Positions 13,601-28,506 of a DNA stretch of 64,000 nt are shown one piece after another; positions within the stretch are counted from its first letter, which is position 1; the number at the start of each line of letters is the position of its first letter. The translations under genes and the position numbers were made by a program. This stretch comes from Antedon mediterranea (taxonomy: Eukaryota > Animalia > Echinodermata): contig NC_092674.1 of NCBI RefSeq assembly GCF_964355755.1, forward strand, positions 4,588,001-4,652,000, given 5' to 3'. Under the pieces are notes generated by a model. It saw only the letters and a list, made by a program, of their open reading frames with translations. It was not told the origin of the DNA and made no database searches.

Positions 13601-15448
13601 TAATGCGTTTGCGACGCGTTCCTACCGAGGAAAACGCGAACGAGTCTGATTTTTATTGTTGTACTTAGAAGAACCAGGTTCAATACAATCTAAGCAAAAA
13701 GTGACCATAAGAGTTACACGTACGTGGTAAATACGCGCTAGCCCTAAGCCAATCACAATCAAGACCTATATTATAACACAGGATCTTTTAAAGTAAGTCG
13801 GATTTAAGTAAATTATGGATTATTATTCAAATTTAACTTTTGACATTCAATTAGTTGAGGAGATGTGTGCTGTTTGATTGAATCGTTCAATATCTTGCAG
13901 GTTCCATATGCCTGAAGCCTCTTGGTTGTCAGTCGTCTGTGACTCTGTCGCATAGCTACGTGCCGTCACGTTGCTCTTGAATTATTGTTTAGTAAATATT
14001 CTGTTGGCTGCGTGATTATAATATAAGACGACACATAACTTGACAATCGATAGATATTATATTAGTTCATTCATCGTGTCATGGCATCTAACCCAGTGTG
14101 AACGATTTCTGCAAGTGCGAACATGTGAATTTTAAATCAGTGATAAAGAAGACGAATAAAATACTTTTTTTCTCGAGTGAACGGCGAGTCGCGAAATGAC
14201 ATGATGATGATGATATATTAATAGGTTTTCTATTAATTAAAATCTAATTAGAATTTCTATTAGTTATGAGTGGTGGGGCGAGTCATATTGGAAGGCCTCA
14301 GTAGCTCCCATGGTAACCTTCCAAACACACGTTAAAACTTTAAAAATATTCATACTTCTAAAGCTGTCTACACTATCAGACTAGTTTGAAAACCCAAATC
14401 CCCAAATATGGTAGTGATATGACATCATCATGTCCAGATATGGGCACATCACACTTTTTTTGTCACATAAAGTTTGATAGTGTAGACATTTAGGCTTTAG
14501 TTACAGTAAATCACAACATCATGGCATATATCATTCTCTACGCAAATTAACAAGGATTCTATCTCTATTCTATCTTCAGATGGAATATCAATATTTTTTA
14601 TTAAAATGATGATAAGCTATAAATAACCTTGGAAATTGATATTGTTTACACCATACGCTAGATGTCGATAATAACATTGATTAAAAATTACCGAAAGTTA
14701 ATGAAAACAGTTTGTGTCATAGAATAATATTTACGCTATCGTCGTAAATCTAGCCGTTAGTGCTTCTAGCGGCCAATTAGCAGCTACGCCTAGCAATCGT
14801 AGACTTCAATCTCTAGGCCTATTTCGTGATCTATTAGAGCACAGATCTTTAGGCGAATATCTCACTTAACAAAAGGTTAAAGTCTTCTCGGGTATTTCGA
14901 ATTTTCGGCCAAATTAGGTTCATACACAAATTTCAACTATAATTTCCTTTATTTCGGACCAATGACAGAATATTCTCGACTAAAGAACTCTGCTTTTAAT
15001 CATACAACGTTTCCTGTAGGCCTATGTGTGTCTATTTTTGATGGTTAAGATTTATGTCCCAGTACAATATTATTATAAATGTTTTCTGTCTAAAAGGCTG
15101 CTGCTGTAACATTTTTTTTATTACAAAATAATTTGAAACTAGAATACTCTACATCTCTAAGTACAACAAGTTTTTCTTTGTCTATAGGCCTAAGGCTTCT
15201 AGTCTATTGTATTTAAAAACGTCACGTTTTGGTTAGTACAAAGAATGCTCAACTACTCTGAAAAAATATTGAATACTGTATTTGTTTGTTATAGTCTAGG
15301 TTCTTTTGACTTAATATTTTGGCACATATGGCGTTTCATACGTATAATACTTTTAGCTCAACACAGACAACCGAAACGCCGACTGGCTATTTAATCTATC
15401 ATTGGAAATATAATTATTGTGTTCGTAGGCCTACTGGTACTGGGAATT

Positions 15449-15560
15449 AAATAAGGCCATATATACGGCTGCAGTCGCGTGCGCAATCCGAGTTAGTGTT
15501 TACCGACCAACCGACCGACATAGTAAGCTGTAGAGTCGCGTTTGCCTGTGACTAAAAACA
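15449..15560 (+). mobile_element. Helentron/DINE-1-like non-autonomous element (HINE)
   Basis: (ACCG)n tract then 3' stem-loop agtcgcg…gtgactaaaaa; second copy at 36793-36915 on minus. Confidence 0.65.
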
Positions 15561-16249
15561 CGTGATGGATGGGAAGTGATTCAAACTTTTAAAAGAGTTT
15601 TAGATTTAAATTGTGAAATCGAAAAGTAAATTCCGATCCAAGTTTTTTTTATTATTTGGGTTAAAATGAATTGTGTGAATATAAATCACATGAAGACATT
15701 CCGTTGCAAGAACAAATTCTGCTTTACTCTCCTGCGCGTGCCGTGATGTCTCCATGGTGATTCGGTTCGTCTGCTTCTACATATTTGTGATTAACGGATG
15801 CCTCATCAAATTATAAACAAAATTATTTAATTTGTAATCACTAGCGTGATAATCTAAGTAACTAATTCACTCGAAATTGTATTTAATTTAATAAGATTAG
15901 ATTATGATTTTACAGGCTATTAATTCTGATTTTGACTTCAGATACGTCTTCGTGTACAAAAAAACATAGTATACGAATCAGAAAATACTTCGTACAGTAT
16001 TAATTGCCAATTAATGTCGGCATACATTTCTCTATACCTCCATGTTTCAACATAAAGATTGATAGTAATGAGACACTGATAGTTTCATGACATAAATGAC
16101 ACAGTTTATCAGCACTCAGGGACTAAGGGAACGGTTTATTTAGCCAGAAAGAGACAGACAGCATTAAAACGATATTTAACAATTATAGTCAATGTCCGAG
16201 CGGTTATGTCGTTTACGGAAGTATAAACGGGCCTTTATGCTGCATGTTA

Positions 16250-16466
16250 AGCGTGGTTCCCACTAGTGACGCAACGTAACGCAACGCTACGACGTATTGA
16301 CGCAAAATTCTGTATAGCGTAATCACAAGTGGGAACCGACGACGCAACAGTGCTGCAAACATCGCAGGTTTGATTTCACGCACGCGGGGGCAAACACAAC
16401 TATTGGAAGAGCATTTTCTTACGCTGCGCCGGTTGCGTTACGTTGTGTCCTAGTGGGAACCACGCT
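16250..16466. mobile_element. MITE B subfamily 2
   Basis: Same TIR, different core (shared with 56295-56460); TTA TSD. Confidence 0.85.
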
Positions 16467-17729
16467 TTAGTTGAATCAAAATACAGTATATACTACATAA
16501 ATGCATTGCATTTATATAACCAGTTAAAAAAATCAATTAACTTTGTTTGTTTACATAATATTCATATTCAATATTAAGCAAGTTCGGATTAGGCTCAACA
16601 AACAAAAGGGGGTAATTAAATTAAATAATATATACCAGCAGATTATTGAAGGGGAGAGTGTAAGTCAACTCTTCTCTGACATTCTGACAATATTTCAGAC
16701 GTTCTCCATCGATCGCATATTTTTAATAACGACTATGTTAGAAATGATTGATATACAATTCAGATAATTTCGATCGAAGTTTTAATAAGGGCTTGTTATG
16801 CAGACTCGTTTTGATATTGGTATCACCATAGAAAGTAGTAACAGACAATTAACAGCATACAATCTGGACCGGCTGTGCTAGGGCGGTTTCCATACCGTGA
16901 CCATATTTTATAGTATAGTGTTATCACAATGATATATTATCCCCGTATACTGTCAATGTATAGCGCACGTATGGGTAATATTAATTAAGTTTTTAATATA
17001 AATTGATGCATCCAATGGAACCACTGGAATAGATTGTCTGAATATAAAGAGAGACACTGGTAAGCCAAATCCTCAATCCATACCATTCAACAACAATGCA
17101 TTCATGTAAAAAATCAACGTAAACCTACATCATTTACCGTCTAGCCACACCATTTGTTATCATTTCATTCAATTCATTTTCAAGTAAAACCATTCATTGT
17201 CAAGCCATTTGACGGACTTGGCTTGTCATATACTAACTCAGGCCCTGTTTTCAATGGCCCGATAGTCCATATCTCCGATTGTATGACAATTGTCGACTGG
17301 GTACAAATAATAGACCTATTTCCCTGTACAAATGAATTACTCTATGCCGTAACGGTTGCCGTACCTGATTAACCGCGTTTTGTTCCAATTTCGTCCGCAG
17401 AAAAACTGCGTGGGTAAGGTACATGTTTCTGGATGGTAGGCCACTGAATGATTTCGTTCTGTCGGTTAAATAGTGACGTTTGTCATTCTTAATTTCAGCT
17501 CAGAATCAATATGTTTTAAATGTTAATTATACTATTAAATGAAATCACAGGTCACAAACTTTTGATAATTGTAACCAAGGAGTCTAATTCTAATTACTTG
17601 AATAATTAGCGAAATAATTTGTACGGAATACAATTTGACATGAATATTTCCAATGCCAGTTCTTATTGTTTGCCACACATATACAAATACAGAACATGTA
17701 TTGAAGAGAGATGATGAACATTTGAATTA

Positions 17730-17885
17730 AGCTTTGTCTACACTATCAAACTTTATATGACAAAAATGTGATGTGCCCATATATTGACATGATGATGTCA
17801 TATCACTACCATATTTAAGCATATCACTACCATATTTGGGAACATAACACTTTTTTGTCAAACTAGTTTGATAGCGTAGACAGCA
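17730..17885. mobile_element. MITE family A copy
   Basis: Both TIRs. Confidence 0.83.
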
Positions 17886-19237
17886 TTAGGCTTTCCGCTT
17901 ACCGTTATCGCTCATCTGTGTAAATTTGCCTTAATACAAGAAATAGACCTAATAAACTGCAAACAAATAAGTGTTATATTAAAAATAAGAAGTAAAAAAA
18001 GAACCGAATGATTGATTTAAATAGAATGTTGCGTCTATGAAAGACTATAACTCGTTTCACACAGCAAAGACCTGATTGTCTGAAAGAGTCTGATTGTCTT
18101 GTTCTGTCAACCAATCGTAATGCTTTTATCATAAACATCACTAAATGATGAAATACAGTAATTGAAGATCTAGAGATACAACCGATTACTATCTGTACAG
18201 ATGCTACAATATTAAGCTATGAATATGACATTGAATTTAACTAAAGCATGTTACGTCACAACAGCCGTAGAACGTTTTCACGATGATTCAAATTGGGAGT
18301 TTCATAATTGATTCATTGTCACGTGTCGATTTTATAGGTCTAAAGTCCTTATTTCTGTGAAATTCATTTTATAATAGAACGGTCCGAATATTATGTAAGA
18401 CTTAATTTTACACAAAGGAAAAACTGTGTTATGAATATCTTTTGGATTATATTAGAATAACACGCTATTGTCCATAAAAACATAAGGAAAATCCGTACAT
18501 TTTATTATTCAATGTTGAAGTACTTTCATATATTGGTAAAGTATTTCTAGACTGGATTTTGTCAATCCTTTTGCATAAGTTAATATAAGAAGAACTTAAG
18601 TGGAAACTGAGGCTTCTGATATCAAAAGGAATTGACTTTTTCATCAACACAATTTAATTTAAATAGAATATCCCCCTTCCCCCATCTCCCTAAAATATCA
18701 CCCATGCTCTGTAACTAACACATATACTCGTTCACATCCCTCTTAACGCTTTGTTACTTTGACGCACCGCAACGACGTAGGCGCAACGTAAGTTAGTTGA
18801 CCAATCACAACCGTCGTGATCGTATAGGCCACACTGAAAATACGTGTTAAACGTAGCCGGTAGATTTGGATAATGTTACGTAATGCCGGCTCATACAAAA
18901 ACGTTATAAGCATATTTTATTACATTGGAGTATCAAATACCATATTTGATATTTAAAGATACCCTTAAAACGTACAATCAGAAACTTAACCCATGAGAAC
19001 ATTACTTACAGTCAAAGAGTAATGAACCAGAAATAAAAATAACCAACCATAGACATTTTATATCTGTATGAACCAACTAATCTGGCATTATACTAATTCT
19101 CTGGACTTCATATATTATGTAAAACTAAACAGCTAAATTCATTAAAATAACGTATCAAGCGCTATTAACAAAAAGATGTTGTTTGACCTCTGAACCTAAC
19201 AAATTAAGAATCTATCAAACTTTCTGCTAATTTGTAC

Positions 19238-19288
19238 CAGGGAGTTGTTATTAATTATTAATTAATTATTATTAATAACAACTCCCTG
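19238..19288. mobile_element. 51-bp palindromic P-element-like remnant or footprint, 7-bp TSD
   Basis: 18-bp inverted ends CAGGGAGTTGTTATTAAT; TTTGTAC on both flanks. Confidence 0.7.
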
Positions 19289-21316
19289 TTTGTACGACGT
19301 AGGCGCAACGCAAGCCAGTTTTGACCAATCACAAGCGAAACTTTGGATGATACATCGCGTCGTGATTGGTCAAATTACTAGTGGTGCGCGTATATCCTTG
19401 CGTTGCGTCCAAATGGGAACCGGAAGTTTTAAAACCTGAAGTTATTAATAAGTTAATAATTTGTGCTAATAACAACAAGTACCCACATGACAACTCCAAC
19501 AAGGGAAATAACCATGAAATGAATGCATAAAGCATCATCGACATTATACGGTTGTCTCGTATTAGATTACACTAACGTATTTTACTGGGGATTTGTAATT
19601 AAACATTACATTTGGGACTTCACTAAGTTATTACTGAACTGGTTACCCAAAGTGCCCATATGAAAGGTATAAGATAAACATGAAACACACTAATGACAAA
19701 TAACAAAACAGTCTCCGTAATAGTATGCATTAAGTATGATACGCGGCATATTTTATACTTTAGCTAATTATCTTGAATGTTAAATTCATTCTACAAATTA
19801 GGTTATTTAAATAATAGGTCCAGAGGAACAGGAATAAGCGAATGAAGGGGATTGAGAAGCTGAGGGCTTGTATTTAGAGGAGCCGTTCTTTGTTGGTTGT
19901 TGGTTGGTACGGGCAAATACGGACCACACTCGAGAGGTGCGGTGGGGGGGGGGGGGGGGGGGTTGTAGGTTGGGGCGGTGTCCCTGGATCGATTATCGGT
20001 GAATGAAGGACTTGGAACTAGACCGCCAAATGAAATAAAAGAGTTTAGTTTGACCTAGGCCTATTCAAAACGAAATCACTAGCTATAAAACATAATAAGT
20101 CATGGTCAATTAACCGTACAGAATATCTGTCAGATTACTTGCTGGTAGCTTTAATAACAAAATTAATATATTTATTTCTTCTTCCGGGTGAAATTTCAAC
20201 AACGATGCATAGAAATTGCGTAAATATAAGTCTACCTAAATTTACCAAATATTTATGGTTGCAATAACAAAATACATCGCAACGCAACTACGTACAAACG
20301 GAATTAATTTGGCCACAGGTGACAATTTGGATTACATTAACTTTTGCACGCACGTGGCCTACAAAACGCGCGTAAAAATCTGATGAGCTTTAAAGGAATT
20401 TTGACACCGAACATAATTCCCGAATTTGCATGTATAGATGTAAATCTATAGATGCAAATCTATACACAAATATAATTGGATATAATTCGATAATTATAGG
20501 CATAATAACTGTTTTTTGATATGATGTTTTTTCTATTCTTCATACTAACCTAATCTTCTGCGTGACGACTATCATATTTATGGCGCGTGCCTCTTTTCTA
20601 GTCAATTGCACTAAAGGAGTCGTCATATAAACTCAGTGTTTAGATAATCGTGTTTTATGTATACACAAAGCACATTGTATCTACTCGAAATGAGATATCT
20701 AGAGAAGATATTACCCACAGAGCAAATATACAAGACATTATACTTAGGCCCACTGAATAATTAAAAGAACAGTAATTACGATGCGTTATGTTTATCGTTA
20801 TTTCTTTTGTGATTTTCTAAGAACATTACACCAAACAACGTTTAACTCTGTAGGCCTAACCTCACATAGATGTTAGCAAATTATTGATATAATAATATAA
20901 ACACACCGAGAATTAGGCCTACACTTTTGACTAGGATTTCTAAATAAAATCGATCACCTTTACGATGGTGATTTCTAGTAAATTCGACACAAATCCGTAT
21001 ATCCATCTTGAAAATAATAAATAATACAGAGAATCCCTCATTAGCAACATTTTTTGGAACACCCATATTAAGTGGACACCCCTATTAAGGGCACAATTTC
21101 GTGTTTTTTTCATTGTTTACCACACCATAACGACCAACTCCTATTCACACTCCTCACACACACACACACACACACACTTATTAAGGGACACTTTGTTGGG
21201 GCCCTGAAGGATGTCCCCTTAATAAGGATTCACAATAATGAAATAACAAAATAGCTCCAGTTTGGTATTTCTTTCTTCGGTCCAGAGGGAAGAGTAAAAT
21301 TACAATTATAATTTTA

Positions 21317-21485
21317 AGGCCATTTTACACAGACGAGCGGTAACAGAGCTTGTCCCAGGTAGAATCTGTACCTATCCTGAGCGGAAGCCTTCAGTCCGCT
21401 CCTCATTGTGTGTAATTGGTCATAAGGAATAACACAGATTCTAGATTTATATTTACCGTTACCGCTCATCTGTGTAAATTGGCCT
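21317..21485. mobile_element. MITE family E (TIR AGGCCAWTTTACACAGA)
   Basis: Second copy at 60431-60598, fragment at ~17890-17932. Confidence 0.8.
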
Positions 21486-21968
21486 TTGCTCCCATCATAA
21501 CCCCTCTAGTCTAGTTACTTTCCTTGAGTGTGTTGTCTTTCTTGGTTTGACATATTTTTTAGCCGATATGATGAATTTCCTACCGTTTAATAAATTATAA
21601 TAATTTTATAAAACAGCCTTAAAAGACATACTAATGGTCCTAATAATCATTCTGTCATTATTATTTAAAGGAATCGGTGGTAAATGCCGAACGAATACGT
21701 CTTAGAAAATAAAGCAGTTATTAATGAATGTTTGACATTATCCGAAATTACCATTACAAAAAATCATTAGTTTAAAAGCTTTTATCTGGCTTACTGACTT
21801 GAAAGGCGCCTGCTGATCACATTTCTTGTAGGAAAATTCCGAAATTGTTTCATTATTGGGAAATAGTTTTTGTTTGTTTTTCTATGTGATTTGCTTTGTG
21901 TTTATTTGATTAAGACTGTATTGCTTATAATTTCATAATAGATTAGTTTTTTTAGATGATGTTTCCCC

Positions 21969-22088
21969 AGAATGTCGCAATTTGTTATCAGAATGTCACA
22001 ATTTTAGCAGAATGTCACAATTTTAACAGAATGTAACAATTTTGGCAGAATGTCACAATTTTAGCAGAATGTCACAATTTTAACAGAA
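21969..22088. repeat. 19-bp tandem repeat (AGAATGTCACAATTTTARC)
   Basis: ~6 copies. Confidence 0.9.
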
Positions 22089-22669
22089 CAATATACATAG
22101 TTTTTCCATAATTAACCTTCTTCACATTTTACTAAAGAACAATCCCACAAATAAGTTGAGACGACTAAAAAAAGTGTTTAAAGATGGAAGTTCACAAGAT
22201 TTGACTAAACCAGGAAAGAGTGTAATTTCACTTTTCCCTGGACTAACGTTTTTACCTTTTAAACACAATTTTTTTTTAAAGAAAAACATAAATCAAAAGA
22301 AACTCGTAATTTACATAGGAATACTCACAAGAGTCATGTGTGATGTGCCCAAATATGGTAGTGATATGACCAAATATGGTAGTAATATGACATCATCATG
22401 TCCATATATGGCGGGCATATCGCATTGTTTTGTCACATACTGTAAAGTTTAAAGTGTAGACAAGGCTTTAGGCCTATTAGGGATATTTAACAATGTTCCC
22501 TCTTTTTTATAATTGTCTTAAAAGACGTCGGGGTGGAAATGTCATTGTATGTTTGCAAATAATGGGGATTTTAAACATATTAACATAAGACAGTGTAGGC
22601 CTAATAATAACGTGTTAAAAATGTAGGTTTTCACCAAACATATAAAACGAAATTGAGCTGATATTCATA

Positions 22670-22960
22670 CTCACTTTAACACGTGGAGTATGCCTAAATA
22701 TAACAATACTCTACTATACCAGTAGTAAGATGAACTTGTCGTTCAAAGTTGCAGGCGCCAATATATGGAATAACCTACCAACTGAAATTAAATATTCCCC
22801 AACAATTGCTTCATTCAAAGCTAGATATTGATCTCAATTTTTTCCTAATTTTGTTTGTATTCAAGACAGGACCACATTGCACACCAGGTTTTCCTTTACC
22901 TGATCGTATAATCCTGTATAAATATGTTGTTAAATAAACAAATTAAATAAATAAATAAAT
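22670..22960 (+). mobile_element. CR1/L2-clade LINE 3' fragment
   Basis: Translates FKVAGANIWNNLPTEIKYSPTIASFKARY (WNxLP…FK ORF2 end), then (TAAA)n tail; shorter copy at 9318-9530. Confidence 0.8.
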
Positions 22961-25859
22961 GAAATGAATCTGTACTAACCTTTAGTGAAAATAAATGCTG
23001 ACTGTATTTAGATTGTGTATCACTTACAAAAGTCGACAACGCGTAATTTCCAAAAACAAAATCATCTTTCAGTATAGATAATCACAAATAATGTGTTTTT
23101 TTAATTTCAAGAAAGTATTAATCCGTTAGTATTAATTATGAAGTCTTGCTATCAACGAACACAGTCCTCATTATGTTTTCATTTTGGATTTAGTGAAAAT
23201 TACACCTGTTTTGAAAAAACAGACAATTGAAAATATCGATGAAATTTTGATGTTAGTTATGACGGTTTCTTGAAAGAAAACGAGAACAAATCTTGATATA
23301 GGTCTACTGGTTTCCAAACCATAATTAAGTATCAAATTAAAAAATCAGTTGGTGATTTCGCCCTGAACATGTAAAAACTGCAGGCATGCTTCTTCTTGTT
23401 CACCAACACCACACAATTACATGATTCGATGATGATCTTTCTAGGACAGATTTTTAGGTAAGCGCATGCTCGTTAAGTGCAGGGCGATAACAATACACTA
23501 CAAGATTAATATGCAGTGTAGTCAGAGTTAACTGAAGGCTAGTTTATCAATATGTACATTTTTTATCGTGCTGTGCAACGGATACCTCGTTCAAATGTTT
23601 TGTTATCTCCAGCCATAGTTGCTACAAATCAATTCATTAAAAGCGGATTCGATGTCTATGAATATTTATGAAAAGAAAATATAACAAAAAAATACCCCCA
23701 TTATAAATTTGATCTATTAAATCCGTATTGCATAGGGGCGTAATGGTACAGTGCTGGTATAATGTTTACATAATGACTAAACCAAAACCGGAATTATATA
23801 TTATTAGTGAGAAATTAATGGAATTACAGACTGATTTATAAATAGGCATTTAGTAGGCCTATATTACGTAAATCCGACAAAGCGTTTAAACTTGAATCAT
23901 CATAGTAAGAAAGAAAAATAGAACAGATAATATCAAAATTGATTGTATATCAAACAAAGACAAGAATTATAAGGAAGAATAAAAGAAAATAGAAAACTCG
24001 AAATATTAATGGGTAGCTCCGTGTTCAAAATTGTAAACTCAGAATTGAATTGACCCATAATCGTCCAATCAAATGACTGGAATTTATTTAGGTGTTATAT
24101 AATACTGAATAGGCATACTCAATGCAACAGTATACGTATGTGCGTACAATTCCCCATCGAAGTGCAGAATAAAAATAAGAGGGAAACACAAACCGTTCAC
24201 ATCGACCGACTCTTGGAAATATTATACAATATGCCTATTTATTATATATATTAAATTTCAAATTTTATTCCAAGTTGATATCTGTTATTAAAGATATCTT
24301 TACATACTAGCAGAAGTCATAACACAATCAGAAATCTTGACGAATTATTGGTTTCTTATTTTCACTAATTAATCAGATAAAATCATGAGTATTTAAGGTA
24401 TATTCATTTATTAACCGGGTTTCTCAAAACTCATTGAATACCTATAGAATCTAATTTAAATTATGAATCGACAATTATAAAATTATGAGTATTGAAGTCT
24501 GCCAAGCCCGTCCTTAATTGGGTAAACAAATACATATGATATCACGGTGCATTTCTGAATATCATATTTCTTCACTTTTTGGTATTTTATCGATTCGATA
24601 TACTGTACGCACTCAATACAAACGTGAAATTGACATAACCACATCCCCACAGCAGGCCAGTGTCTCCTTATACCACTCAGGCCTACTCGGTAAATAATTC
24701 ATTAACGGGTGATATTCGTAAAATGGTGAAGGTTGAGAATCATTATGTCTTAATTGAAGTGAGTATAAGTGAATTTGCCAAGCAACCATCAAGTATATTC
24801 ATCCGCCCCCGAATATAAACCACGTTATTATCTATGGTGGGCCAAAGTGTCATTTAATGAGAAAATATCTAAATAAGGCTATTATCTTTGTGTAATTAAC
24901 ATTGCGGACCATAAGTCATTAAAAAGTTGTTTATATAGAAAATATTTTAATATAGAAATACACAGAAATTCGTTTTATTAAAATTTGACCTGCAAACAGG
25001 ATTTTAAAAGGGAATTTTCAGTAGTATTGATATCGTAGAATGTTATAGTGGATACCGATGGCGTGTGCGGGGGTGGGGGAGTGGTGGACCCCACTCAATT
25101 TCGGTATGATAATACAATGCAAAAACAGTTTACTTTCCGCACTTAATTTCACAATTTTCCCTACTCTAAATTCAAAATCCTGGATCCAATCCGCCATTAA
25201 ATGCATAGTGCAATATAGTATACTATAGCCGGAGCATAATAAACACCAGACATTGGAGACGGAAGGGTTCGCGGGTAATGTTTACATAATCCCTATACAT
25301 AAGCCCCAGCCGCGCAACTGATTGATATCAAACTTTATAAATTGAAACTTGCCGGTTTGTACAGAACGTTGATGTATACTAAAGGGACAATAATGCCGTC
25401 CTATTACTTTAATTATGCAGTAGTTCGGCTTTCCATACTTATCGCACGCATGGTTTTCCAGACCTCGCCTATAGTGTCTAAATATCATTAAGTAAAGTAG
25501 ATACCAAGCCTAAACGAGTGTGCATCATTACAGTAGGTATTTATCCAAGGATAGTATACTCCTTTTAAGCCTAATCGTGTTGTTATTATGGTTAATTATC
25601 AATTGAAATTGAAAAGCGAACAACAATACTGACTAATGGACTTATATTTCCGTCTTCTAATTTCATTTTTATTAAGGTAGGCCTAATGACGTAAGCCTAA
25701 AATATTGTTTTAATAATTACGCCTTAGTGTCGTATCATGTTTGGAGTGGGGTGAAGGAAATCATTTAACACCATGCTCTCCAGAATCTGTGAGTTAGTCT
25801 AATAGTAACAGAAATATAACATGTTTACTGAATTTATCATTTCACTGCTGTCCGTCTGT

Positions 25860-26030
25860 TAAAATCCAATAAATTACCCATAATGCAACACGACATCCTT
25901 TAAAGCAGGTGAAACGTCGCTGATTGTTGTTTTTAACTCCTTATCAATGATCAATATTTATAACACGGTAACATATGAAAGGGGAATGCAATACTAGGGC
26001 GTGGTCGCATGAACGGGCGTGGTCGTCGTC
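25860..26030. promoter_or_regulatory. Candidate promoter
   Basis: CCAAT (25866), ZNF143/Staf-like TTACCCATAATGCA (25874), two GGGCGTGG boxes (25997, 26015). Confidence 0.4.
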
Positions 26031-26856
26031 TGCCGTTTTGTTGTTAATGTGTCACACCACCTGTGCGCATCATCAAGATCCTACTGCGCAACAGCAGTTA
26101 TTGATCACCATAGAATCTATCATTGATCATCGAATTTCGATTCGATATACTTTGCACACAATCTATTTTCAATACTGTAGTATAGGATTAATATCAGGAG
26201 TGTTTATTTATATATTATAAGAGATATTTAGTGTAATAATAATAGTTGTTGGTACAGTACTATCCGTAGTAGGCCTATATTGAAATTTTGTTTTAGTGTA
26301 CACGTACGTACGACGAACTTAAGCTAAATTTTTAGATCCGGAACTGTTTTATTATTGCATAATATTTATAGTATAATTAATGCATAATTAATGCATCTCC
26401 TGGAAGTGAAATGTTTACAAAAAAACAATGTTTTACGACGTGTACATCCTTGTGTATTGATTGGGTGAGTGACTTTTATCTCCATGGAAATGGAGTAAAC
26501 ATTATGATTGTTGTTAATCACTGTAATGCCATAATATACATCGATCCAACTGATTATTTACGGTTGCTATGGCAAAGCATTCTAGAAAATTCATCCTCGA
26601 CATTTGCCAACGAGTTAATAGTTGTGTCTTCTATATAATTGGATCATTTTGATTAATAATTATACTGTCTTCCGTCATCTAATTAAATCGACTAATTATA
26701 AATCTGAGAAATGACTATTGTAGGAAAAATCCCTTGTGGTTCGTCAGATTAGTTGCGTTGCGCTTACCGCCTTGCGTTGCATTCTACTATGAACCAGGCT
26801 TTAATGGTAGGCCTATATAGTCAAAGAAGAGTAGAGACCTATCTCAGGCCAGCTAG

Positions 26857-27039
26857 TAGACTTTCCCCAAGTTAGTAGTTTATTATCTTTGTAGTAATAA
26901 TATTAGTAAAGTAGTAGTAAAAATTATATTTTTATGTTAATCCACCAAGTCGGCATTTCGATTTGCTTTATTATACGTATGAAACGCCAAATGTGCAAAA
27001 ATGTTTACCTTTACTAATGACGGTCTAGAGCCTAGACTA
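26857..27039 (-). mobile_element. MITE family C copy
   Basis: Flanks GCCAGCTAG / GCCAGCTGC. Confidence 0.75.
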
Positions 27040-27299
27040 GCCAGCTGCTGACGATTCCTGCATCATCCCTATGAAAGTAGGCTAATATTCGGCTTTGATA
27101 ATATTGGATACTACTATAGTATAGGCCTAGCGTATCATTGTATTAACAGCTGTCAAGAAGCAGACCGTTGTTGCCTCATGGGGCAATAAGAATTTGATCT
27201 AAAATATCATAAAATGATAATAAAATGTACTAAAATAGTTCCTATGAACAATCTTTAACCCCGTAAAAGATATGTATCGAAAGCATAATACCTCTCTTA

Positions 27300-27441
27300 A
27301 GCCGATTTCCCGCTAGGCAAATTTGTTCGCGCGAATCGAAAGTGTCAGCTTATACGCTTGCGTATAAAGGGGTTTGGAAGCTGGAAACATGATGCATGCG
27401 TATAAGCTGACGCCTTCGATTCGCCTTGTGGAAAATCGGCT
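27300..27441. mobile_element. Harbinger-like foldback MITE
   Basis: agccgatttcc … ggaaaatcggct with TTA flanks; internal inverted gtcagcttatacgc. Confidence 0.7.
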
Positions 27442-28382
27442 TTAAAATTGTATTAATTATGGGGTTTTTATAACAAAACCTGTAGCGTTATTGATCTCAA
27501 ATATATAGATTACGTTTGTCTATTTGGAAATTTCAACCAAAGGGCAGTAAATGGAATACCAGTGAGTCAGTAGGTCTATGTCCAAATTGATGAGAATTAA
27601 GCATTAAGTGTTCATTGTTCACTAATACAGATGTACACATTAAATTTATCTAACCTATTTTTTCCTATATATAACTAGTAAACAAAAACAATAAGAGCCT
27701 ATAGTGTTTATTGTGTCATATCGCTGTCAAGGTAATAGTAAAGGTAACTTATTAAAATGAAGAATCAATACCCGAGGGGACACCAAAATTGGTAACTGAA
27801 CACTTATATTCGTTATTGCTAATGATGCCTAATATATTATACCAGCACACTAGGGAAATATAAAAAATACAAACCACGCTTGAAGATTTCATATTAAAAT
27901 TGATGACAAAAAAATGTTTGAATTATTCGATATAAACTGGGTTTATATTTCACGTGACGACCTAGCTAGATCTACCGTACATGTTCTAAATAACAATATA
28001 GGCCTAAATACTAATAGAAATATGTACTCCTATTATTATGTTAATGCCTTATATGGATTACAACTAAGCCTGCACTGCATACAGTTAACAAGATTTCTCG
28101 ATTTCAAACATGCGAACTTGAGGAAAAACTGAACTATGTGAGCTCTACAGTATTTGATGACTGTGCATATAATGGGCTATGATTGGTCAGTAAAATACCA
28201 GGGCAATTACACGAACATGCGCAATAACAACTCAAGCATCTTGGAACAAACAAAAAACGAAAAGAAAGGCCTCTCCACAAAATTGTCTTCACACTACAAG
28301 CAAAATTCTGATTCTCATTTTAAGAAAAAAAACTTTTCTTAAAACAACAAAAGACTTGTCCGTATTTCAATATACGTTTTTG

Positions 28383-28506
28383 CTTACCAAGAATCGCAAA
28401 ATTCTTACCAAGAATCGCAAAATTCTTACCAGGAATCGCAAAAAGTCTTACCAAGAAAATAATTCTTACTAAGGAAAATAAATTCTCAAAAAATTTATTC
28501 TTACCA
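28383..28506. repeat. 21-bp tandem repeat (CTTACCAAGAATCGCAAAATT), decaying
   Basis: 3 good copies plus degenerate ones. Confidence 0.8.
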
